Positions 49,137 through 59,025 of a stretch of DNA of 64,000 bases are shown piece after piece (position 1 is the stretch's first letter; every line of letters begins with the position of its first letter). The notes beneath the pieces were generated by a model. That model had not been told where the DNA came from. It saw only the letters and a program-made list of their open reading frames with translations, and ran no database searches. Where the stretch lies: assembly GCF_026571515.1 (NCBI RefSeq), contig NW_026857874.1, forward strand, positions 1 to 64,000. Reading direction: 5' to 3'. The DNA is from Ruditapes philippinarum (lineage: Eukaryota). Both the position numbers and the translations under genes were made by a program.

Positions 49137-52100
49137 TTATTGCTGGCACTGAGGTAAAGGACGTCGGAATAGTAAAATATGTGGCTCTGAAGAAAAGAGA
49201 AACAATGATATTAGACATATATTATAATAAACAATGCCATGAATGCATGAAAGTATACCAGTACATATTTTTTGAAGGTCCATTATGACCCTAAAATGCT
49301 TTTATTTCACAGAAGTTTTTTTTAATTTTCAGTGTACATGTACATTGATAGTTTCTCATTGACTAATAATTACCTGAACCATCTTTTTCTTCTGTTGCTT
49401 TTAGGCGACTAGTACAATCGTAGTGATATAGTATTTTGTATGGAAGTCAAAATACTACCTGAACCCCTGCCCGCCAGAGGGGAAAACTATAGTACCACCC
49501 ATTTTTTAAACGGGTGTATAAAAAGTGAAATGGACATGTTGATCAAGACTAAACTCTTCCATCAGTTTAAGAAAAAATTTCAAAATTAAATTGACTAAAT
49601 AACAGAGACCATGATCAGATGGAAATGCTGGTTGGTCTGTACTGGTAACGCTGGTACAATCTGTTACCACAAGCAAGGTAAGGGTAGCTTATGCAGGGCT
49701 TCCATTAAGTTCCAAAGTTTGGAAGTCAGGGACACTGGAAGTCACATTATATAGGTAAAGAAGGAAAGGATTATATTTTGGAAGTCACAAGCCTAAATCA
49801 GGGGTAAATGACTCCCAAACTTCCAGCAGGGCTCCTTCAATGGAAGCTCCTTCTTGATTTTGGCTTGTGCAGAAATCGAAAATTCCACTTGTCTGCTCGT
49901 AATTATGAGTAGAATTTAAGAGAACTTAATGCAGGACGAGTAGAAAAATGTTGCCTGCACATTGGATTTAGAAACTACTCGTCCTGCAGGACGAGTGACT
50001 TTGAAAATATTTTTTGATGCCTGTTGTGACTTCTAAAATCTAATACTTTTCCTTCTTTACCTATAAAATGTGACTTCCAATATCAAGAGATTGCAGTCCC
50101 TGACTTCAATAGCAACTTAATGGAAGCCCTGCAAGTTCCACTTATGGAAGCCTTGTTATGCTTAAAGAATTAATGAATTAAGCTAACCTGGATCATGTTT
50201 CATGTAGTGTATCCATCCATGACTTTGCTGTACACCAATATCTCTCCATTCAGATTCGGACATCAGATGAGTCTTTGGGACCAGCTTTGCTATATCTTTA
50301 GGAAGCATCACATGTCTGAAATGAAATTAGGAAATATAAATCATCTTTAATATTTCTTGTCTGAAAAAACAAAACAAACAACAACAACAGAAACACCACA
50401 TGCACTACAATGCAAAATAGTTATTTAATAGTAAACCTGTGCATGTTACTCTTTTGTCAAATTATTAATTATATAAAATATATGATTATTTATAAATCAT
50501 AACAATTCAAATTGAATGCCTTCCATATTGACAATTAAAATATTGTCACCGACAGCCAGCATGGATTTAGAAGAAGGCGGAGCTGCGAAACCCAGCTACT
50601 AACGCTGACAGACGAGCTCATCAAGTCCATGGACAGGCGTAAACAACATGACCTCGCTGTGCTGGACTTCAGCAAAGCCTTCGACCGCGTCCCACCAAGT
50701 CCTCTGCTTGAGCTCCATATGTCTGGAAACCTCTCCTGGCAATCAACAGTGTGTTGGACAAGATCGTGCCATCAAGAAGGGCAATCAGCACACTCGGCTC
50801 CTTCGACACAACAGTTATATGAGGCGCCATCAGCACTTGATGAACAGGGTCAAGAGCGCAGCCTACATGTCACTGTGCGACCAGGCCTTGAATATTGCTC
50901 CACCATCTGGAACCCTTATACCAAGGACCTTACACGCAAGCTCGAGATGGTCCAGAGGAGAGCTGCAAGATAATGTGACGAACCGTACCACAACACAAGC
51001 AGCGTATCCTCAATGATCCAACACTTGGAGTGGGAGACATTAGAGTCACGACGGACAAGCCCAGCTGACCATGATGTTCAAGATCACCAATGACCTTGTG
51101 GGAACATACCAGTCAGCGATTATCTCACCCCTGCCCCGAGCCGCACTAGAAGTGACCACTCCAAGAAGTTCAATCTACCATCACATCTACATCGTACTAC
51201 AAGAACTCCTTCTTCCCTCGTTACAGCCACGATATGGAACAGCTTACCTGCCTCCGTTGCAGAGGCTCCTGACTTGGTATCCTTCAAGCAGGGGCTATCA
51301 GCCCTCACATTCTAAGTCGCCTTAGGGGCCCAGCTACAAGTACCCACTAGTGATATCCCAAGGCTGTGCCGGCAGCGGCCACCGTAACCGGAGAGGTTGG
51401 GTTAAAGAGGCGAAATATAGCTGGCCATACTTTTGTCTATATCTCTATCTTTGTACTATCCAACCTCTTCTTACTTTCTATCATTTCTTGTATATTTCTT
51501 TTTCTTGACCTAGCACCACCCGTCGCGTCATAATCAAGTGTGATTGCGCCGACGTACAATGTAGATGTAGAAAATAAACATATTTAAACTAACATGTCAA
51601 TTAATTTTGGATCGCCTTATAGATATATCATCATTATACAACAATCACAGACTTCCTGAAAGTTGAAAAAAACTGTCAGACATTCGGTCTGACAAACCAT
51701 GAAAATCTGTCGGACCGAAATAAAATCTGTCGGACCAAATAAAATTGATCAAAATCAAAGAAAAACTTGTGTTTGTATTTCTAAGACACTTTTTGTTTTT
51801 TACTTTTTCGCCGTAAAAATCGGCACAATCCGTACATCGCATTTTCATCTCGTCCCTGTCATACACCAATGATTCATGGTTCTGCTTTCATTTTTCATTA
51901 AATTTTGTCTCAGGTCTAATATTTTCATCATTTTATTGCTTTTCTGTGCACTCTTCTGACGTAGGTTTTCGGTTTTTCCAAGGTTTGGCACCTTTAGCGA
52001 CGCCATTTTGTATACATGCGGCTTGGATAAAAGCCGGACAGTCGGACCGATCCGGAATAAAAAATTGTCGGACCTGATCAAAATTTATCGGACATGTCCG

Positions 52101-54250
52101 TCGGACCGACGTATTTCGGGAAGTCTGCAATCAATACAATATTGATTCACAATTTATAATATTGAAATTTGATATAATTCAAAACTAATTTCTTCATCAT
52201 CATGCCTTGTAAAAATATCACACAACTTATTTTTGGAGGTAAAAATGACTTTTTCTGCCTTTTCTTGCCTAGTTTGAACTAGGGCTGTCATTGATGGAAA
52301 CTTTTGTATTGATATATCGATAGACAAATTATATCGACGATACATCTATATATCGACTTTGACAGTAGATTCAATGAAAAACATTTATATATGTGTTATA
52401 ATTTGGGATCATGGTGTTATGCATGCTTGTATTACACTTTACAATTACACTTTACAAATACTACAGAGTTTGTTTTTTTCACTGACATTTGAAATGGAGT
52501 TTAAAGTTCAAGTTAGCCAAGAAAGCTAGAAATAAGTGACTTCTCTTATAAGCCAAAATAGAGAGGTATATTAACTACCAGAAATAATTTTTTTTTAGCT
52601 TGTATCGATATGTGAAAGTGTGTATCGATGTTGTATCGGATGATGAATATCGATGATATATCGATATCGCGATATTCAATGACAGCCCTAGTTTGAACAC
52701 TAGATTTAATTTTCAGAGGTCTGTAAGGTATGGTGGCTGATTTGGTACATTGCGTGTTATGTTGTTGATAGCAACAACGCACCCTATATCATTATCATCA
52801 TCGTCTTGTCCCTAGGGACAACACGACAAACGGCAAGTTGTCATGCTGTCGTCTTGTTACTAGCAAAGGACGCCAAACGGACCATTGTTGTGATGTCACT
52901 CGGTCGCTTGGCTTATAAGCCAATCCTTCGATTTGAACCAAGTGACAATGTGACATCGTTAGGGACAGAATGAGAAGACCAGGCTTCGCGAAAGTTGCCG
53001 GACCGTGGGACATGCCGGCAAAAATCAGCCCGGTCCGATATTTTTTCTGAGTTCCGGACCTTATGCCTGGTATGTATACCGGGATATATCCAATACCGAT
53101 CAAGACCGAGTTTCCCCCTTGAATAAAAAAAATGTAAAACGAGTTTTGATATAAGTGTCCAATCAAATTCTAGATACATTCCACTTTCAACGACCTTGTA
53201 CTCGGAAGAAAATGTCGGTGTTACTGCATTATTACGATGGCACTTACTCTATTGACATGCTGTGTGATAAGGACTCTGATTATGATAATGATGATTTTGA
53301 TCATGAATGTTTCGATTTTCAGACAGAGTCCATCAATCTGGATAAACTGATGTTTTATTTAAGAGAATAAAATTGTGTTGCAAATCTTTAAAAGTTGCTA
53401 TGTCTTTAAAAAAAAACACAAAGGTATAAATATACTATTACCATATACATAGATATTTGGAAAAAAAATTCTGTCAGACAAAAGTTCTTTCGGTCAGACA
53501 AGAATCGAAAGTTTTTCAGCAGTTTCGCTAAGCCTGGAAGACGCAAGTCCGACAACGTGCTGTTTGGCGCTTTGTCCTGTTGTCGCTGGTGCCAACATTC
53601 CAAATCAGCCACCACAGTAAGGTATGATGACAAGGAATAGTATTTCTTTTGTACTTACATGTTTCGTTGATGTACTTGAAGATTTCTTACTTGCCGTATT
53701 AATTATTAGTAAATTAGAAATCCACTTGTCCAAATTGGAAACTAAACGACATGAATTTCCGCCTCCTTACAGCGTGTTCTTACTTTCAAATATAGCAATT
53801 TTTGCCATAATTTTTCCTAAATAAACTCCGAGTAAGGCCAAATTCGTGTAGACTAAAAGGCCATGGAAGATTTTATTGGGACTGAATGTTTTAAAGCCTG
53901 GCTGATTCAGCTTAATCAGTCATTCAGTGACTTGTGCATAATTTACTGGACACTGCTGGAGTTAACCTTTACCGATTTTGAACACAGGACCTACGAATCA
54001 GGAGTTTGTAGCTGATTCACTACGAGCTTTTATCGGTCATCATCAGTGATTAGTTAGAACAAACTAATGATCAAACATACTAGACTAGACAGCATATTTA
54101 TTAATCAACTCGTCCAGACACAAAGCTTGAAAACATGCCGAAGGCACAACCAAAGATGAAACACATGCTTTTTTCTGTGCGGATAAAATACCTGTATTCG
54201 TAGGCTTCGTCTGTATATTTGTCAGAATAGTAAATATTTTTCGCAGACAT
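49137..54250 (-). CDS. CKS1B: Cyclin-dependent kinases regulatory subunit (Cks1/Cks2 family), 78 aa
   Basis: Exons 54250-54192, 50315-50188, 49186-49137 give [78 protein letters not shown]. The exons are too small to appear in the ORF track. Confidence 0.97.
49694..50155. mobile_element. CAG-terminated long-TIR MITE with a duplicated right end and apparent 5-bp TSD
   Basis: CAGGGCTTCCATTAAGTT versus AACTTAATGGAAGCCCTG (ends 50131), plus a second end-like copy ending at 50155; TTATG flanks both sides; internal inverted arms at 49741-49790 versus 50023-50075. Confidence 0.7.
50541..51571 (+). mobile_element. Internally deleted CR1-group LINE 3' fragment in CKS1 intron 1
   Basis: [50 protein letters not shown] and WNSLP, with frameshifts. 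GC-rich, with a 3' hairpin and TGTAGATGTAGA tail. Confidence 0.88.
51648..52127. mobile_element. CAG-terminated MITE with a 6-bp TSD (hAT-like)
   Basis: TIR CAGACTTCCTGAAA/TTTCGGGAAGTCTG; CAATCA on both sides; subterminal GTCGGACC repeats. Confidence 0.8.
52280..52690. mobile_element. hAT MITE with a canonical 8-bp TSD
   Basis: Perfect 15-bp TIR TAGGGCTGTCATTGA/TCAATGACAGCCCTA; TSD GTTTGAAC at 52272-52279 and 52691-52698; subterminal ATCGAT repeats. Confidence 0.92.
52731..53614. mobile_element. Mutator-like MITE with a ~10-bp TSD, hosting a nested element
   Basis: TIR TGGTGGCTGATTTGG/CCAAATCAGCCACCA; flanks CTGTAAGGTA and CAGTAAGGTA. Confidence 0.7.
52980..53536. mobile_element. CAG-terminated MITE with a 6-bp TSD (hAT-like), nested
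   Basis: TIR CAGGCTTCGCGAAA/TTTCGCTAAGCCTG; GAAGAC on both sides; shares GTCAGACA/CGGACC motifs with 51648-52127. Confidence 0.82.
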
Positions 54251-54497
54251 TGTGGAAATATCTAACGAGAAGAAAAGCGTTTAAAATTCTAGATTTCTCC
54301 TTCACTCGGAATCTTCGCAGGTGTTTAAAAAATCAATTTGTTTTGATTGGTTACTTCTAAAATTCTACAATATCATTGGTCAAAATACCGGAAGTTTAAA
54401 AATGTAATACAATGGCGAATATATCTATCCGTCGCTGTCACAACGCGCATATAGCGCAAAACGTATAGATATGTCTATACTGTAACATAGTTCAACT
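54251..54497. promoter_or_regulatory. Probable bidirectional promoter shared by CKS1 and the fucosyltransferase-like gene
   Basis: Two CCAAT boxes oriented toward CKS1 (ATTGG at 54346 and 54375), CHR-like TTTAAA at 54324 and ETS site CCGGAAGT at 54388. Confidence 0.55.
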
Positions 54498-57400
54498 ATG
54501 CCAGAGGTATAATTACATAAAATTACATGTAATTTAAGTCCGAGGATCGATTAAACGTTATTGTTAACAAATTATCTTACAAGTATTTTAAACCAATGAA
54601 CTACTAAACCAATGTATTTTATGTCTTTGATTTCAACAATCTTATAAATTCTATTCATAAAAAGAGAAAACAAAACGCACATAGGTGAATTGATATAGGC
54701 CTAGAAAATAATGAACCAAATTAAAATCAAAAGATTTCTTAACGATGTAGTACATGTAACTGTACTGGAATTGTGCGTTATACCACGGATTTATATTACA
54801 ATATAATATGCATGTAATATAAATCCGTGGTTGTACTTTGATAAAGGTTATATATAACTTATATAAGGCCGGGCGTTTATAAAATATATGAGTGATAATT
54901 TAATAAAGTCTAGTTTGCCTTTAAAGTGGATTTATTTAATTTAAAAAAGCATGCGTTAGGCATTTGTCGCATAATTTTAATATAAAAATAGGAAACGAAA
55001 CGCCATACTTTGATTATTCCCTTTTAGCTCTCCCACCGTACCACGCCCCCTTCTCACACCACAATGTTTTATGTAATTTGCCATAAACCTAAGAGATAAA
55101 TGAAACGGCTGAAAAAATGGCATCCAAGTTTTTCAATTATGTATATACAAATGTATATGATAGCTTTTCAATTTTATTTAATTCAGTTACTTGCATTATT
55201 CAATGGCATGTCAGCTTGACACACATAAAGCCCGAGGGGACGGGGTACATCCACAACTTCCTGGATGCTTTTTAAACTAATATACTTTTAATTCAGTTAA
55301 ACTGTTTTGTTTTTAATATCATTGAGTTTTTTGTATTGTGGATACTGCAAAATAATGCATAGATTGTATTTCAAGGTATTTATGATCATTAAAACCGACA
55401 TATTTTTCATGAAGTTCCCTTTAATTATTACGTAATTTAAAGGCACATTGTGTCTCAGAAATTCCATTATTTTTATTTCTCAAAAAAAAAAAAATATTTT
55501 TGGTATTTTATTACAGTTTCCAAAAAAAAAAATACTCATTCGCCACAAAGATAAACTATTTTGCTTTGGCAATGTGTATAAAACATAATGACTGAGTATT
55601 TTGTATAGAAGTCTATTAATACTACTTTGTTAACTTTTTGATGCCATCATCACACATTACTGCACATTCAGCGTTTCTTTCTTCAGTTGTTTAACATTTA
55701 ATATGCTCTATACACCCATTGATAAAACATTATTGGACACATGACATTTCTAAAGAATTGAGAAAAAAAAGAGTTTCTGAGGCATAATGTACCATTAAAC
55801 TGATGCAAAGATCCCGTATTTCGTTGTTCTTGTGTTTCTATGTTTTTTTTTGCATGATGCAAGTTATAGATATTACTTACACATTGTATTATTATCACAG
55901 GCACGGATAAATAAAAACTTAAAAAATTCGGCTGGTTAAAATAAAACAACACTAACGGCAGCGAGGGGATGGCAGAGGAAAGGCGGGGGGTGGGGGAGCT
56001 CTCTGCAAAAGATGAAATCTATATGTTAAATGGTGACCACTGATGCATTTTATTTGCATATGTTAATAAAAATCAACATTTTTCCAGAACTTAAATTGTA
56101 TTGATAGGAAATAATTCAATAGGCCAGAGCTTCAAGGGAACTTTAGCCCCCCTGTGCCTTTCAGTTATAGTCGTGCCTGTGTCATCATCATCATGAACTC
56201 ATCATCATCATCATCATCGTCATCATCATCATAAACTCATCATCATCATCATCATCATCATCATCAATATGAGTTTTATAATGAGAGCATACGAGGATGA
56301 TGATCATGATCTGATTCTTATTATAAAAGCATTAGTCGACGCTTGCTTCTTTAGTGTTTTTTTTACCTTTTTCCAGTTTCAACATGGCAGCTGCGGATTG
56401 GCAAGGCTATTTTCAATGTTTATACTAATCAGTATTATGCAGGCCAGTGAAGGATCAAATTTTACAGAGGAAATGAACGTGGATGCGACAAACCATAGCA
56501 TTGCACGTGCCATTGAAATTCGAACAAATTTGGAAAATTCAATTGTTAAAACATTTAACAAATTCTTTAATAACTTTACGAACTTCTCGACTGTTTACAA
56601 TCGGTCTATAATCTATATGTGTGACCAAAGCTGCGCGCGCAAAAATGCGCACGAATACGGATTGACTTCCGCTTTTCTTCTGTCTGTTCTTTCTGAGAGG
56701 AAATTTGCTGTCTTATCAACACGAGTTTTCGATCTTTACGAAGAACGCGGCTACAAATGGAAGGTGAACATGTCTGAGATTTTAAACAAATCGGGCGGAA
56801 TGATAGTTGCTCCGACAGCCAATCAGAATCGAGCCATGACTGATTTGCATATTCTGGAAGGAAAGCTTCAGAAAATGAACTTTAATCAAGCCTTTGACAG
56901 GGATTTCATGACATCAACAGGGAACCAGAATTGGATACAAGACATTCGTAGGCATCGTCAGTCATATACAAAGATGCCATGGCTGTTCAGAATGCATGCA
57001 TGTGACGTCAACAGACTGGTGCATTTGGGTTTGTTCAGGATACCACAGTCCTTCAAAGACATGCTTCATTCTCATTTAATAGAAAAGGTCGGTGATAATA
57101 GATTAATATGTTTTAGTGGGCAAGCAAATACTGATATCAAAACAAACGGGGTTTTAGACTTTATTAAATCTAACTACAACTACTCCGGTTATAAAATATA
57201 TAGAGTTAACAAACATTCTGAAGACAGTTTCGAGAAAAGGTTCAATGACGTCATTGATAACAACGAAGCATTTGTGCACATAGAATTCGATAAGCTATAT
57301 AAAGCAGATGAAGATGAAATTGAGTCACCGAAAAAACTGAAAGCGTTCATAAACATGGTAGATATTTATATTCTCTCAATATGCGATGTCCTCATCACAG

Positions 57401-57582
57401 CAGAGTCTCCTACCGGTATTCTTGCAGCGCATCTTCGCCGGAACTCCAGCGGACTATTTTGTTTAAGGGACGGCGTTGTGTTTCCCTGCACGCGGGAATT
57501 AATTGCTGGTTCATTTCGGGACCAAGAAAACGCACCAGTTCATCTTGATAAAAGATATTACATGTTGAAAAGAAAAAGTTGA
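54498..57582 (+). CDS. Divergent secreted/Golgi fucosyltransferase-like (GT-B) protein, about 404 aa
   Basis: Large exon 56377-57582 follows a polypyrimidine/CAG acceptor. A tentative micro-exon ATGCCAGAG (54498-54506, GTATAA donor) joins in phase 0. Hydrophobic N-terminus LFSMFILISIM, many N-x-S/T sites, and segments YMC...GLTSAFLLSVLSERKF and DIYILSICDVLITAES..GILAA. AATAAA near 57640. Confidence 0.65.
54782..54831. repeat. Perfect 19-bp-arm hairpin (minimal foldback remnant)
   Basis: ACCACGGATTTATATTACA and TGTAATATAAATCCGTGGT separated by a 12-nt loop. Confidence 0.8.
56182..56265. repeat. (CAT)n microsatellite
   Basis: Interrupted TCA/CAT run. Confidence 0.9.
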
Positions 57583-58286
57583 ACTATCGGGCATTTAACA
57601 TACTGTATGATATCAACTGACTTGTATTTTATTTATTGAAATAAATTATTTTTTTAAAAAATATTTAATATATTTCTATCGAAAGGAATTAAATTTTACA
57701 AAACACATGTGTCACATTGTTGACGTTTTCTTATTTTAATAAATATTTAACTCTTCTATTGCCATTACAACCCAAATCTTCATTTAAATTTTCGTCATGC
57801 ATGTGTGAAACCATTTGGAACACCTCGGCTAATGAACATTATCATCTCAGAGTTAATGCGGATTGAAAGTAGCTCAACCGCGTGTTTTCAGATGTAAACA
57901 AAAACAGAGGATGTAATCTTTGTATATAAAGTAACTAATGTATCCGACATAGCGGAAAAAATATATTTTATAATGATATATATGATAATAATACATATTT
58001 CGGTAAAATATGTCTGACAACTAGAACCAATTTAAGCACGATTGACGTACACTCATTACCCATTCAACAGCTTTCCTTTTCTACAAACATAATAATAAGC
58101 ATATAAATAATGTACTGTTTACTTTTAAATACATAAATTAACTCAATTCAAGCGGACATGTACATTTTTACACAATATTATGAATATTAAGTTAGTCAAT
58201 AAAATCCAGTATTTACATACTATTTGCTTAGTTTAGTTTGGTTTACTTTTTCAGCGTAGGTATAAGACCGAAATACCGTATCCGTT

Positions 58287-58810
58287 ATAATGATAATAAT
58301 AATAATCATAATAATCATAATAATCATAATAATCATAATCATAATAATAATAATAACTTTATTCTGAGAAGGTGACATATTAAGAGTGCATAAAAAACAT
58401 ACAACTTATTTCCTATGGCCATAAATATAAATATATAAACAGAAAACAGAAACAACAATAAGCAACAATATAAAGACGACAAACACTCTTACAAAATACA
58501 TAGCATCTTTAAGGATTATAAATAATAACTTATAGAAATTTGTAATTTAAGTTCGTATGCACATACAATCATCAATCAATGTTAACAAACAAAGCGCTAT
58601 AGATAGCTATATAAATTTCTGATTAAAATCAGTTTAAAGTTTTTAGCGCTTTAAGCTGTATTTTTTATTAAATAACTCTTTAGTTTACCCTTGAAAGATG
58701 ACAATTTACTTTGTAGTTTTATGTCAGTTGGAAATGTATTCCATAAATGTGCCGCTTTGTATGTAAATATTTGTTTCATGGCCTGAAGTGAGATATAAGA
58801 TCTGCGTATG
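58287..58810 (-). mobile_element. 3'-terminal fragment of a CR1/L2-group LINE with an (ATT)n tail
   Basis: The minus frame FTYKAAHLWNTFPTDIK...SSFKGKLKSYL is a typical ORF2 C-terminus, followed by a UTR, AATAAA and a TTA/TGATTA tail. Confidence 0.75.
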
Positions 58811-59025
58811 TTGCAGAAGTTTGACGGAAAGGGCCGAAAAGATACGATCGTATTCGAAAAGTGACGGGAAGGTCCGAACAGTTGCGTGAAACTCATGTTC
58901 AACTTCCAACTCCGATGCAGTGTTTCCACTTTCGTTTGGCTTCACAGACTTTTGGAGCGTAGCTTTGCTAATAAAATTGCTAGTAATTTCCATGTAGAAA
59001 TGCAGTTCATATCATACAACACCTA

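Noticed and set aside
56269-56376. N-terminal 36 aa of the 437-aa ORF
   Set aside because: It abuts a (CAT)n microsatellite and ends in a polypyrimidine tract plus CAG, so it is probably intron.
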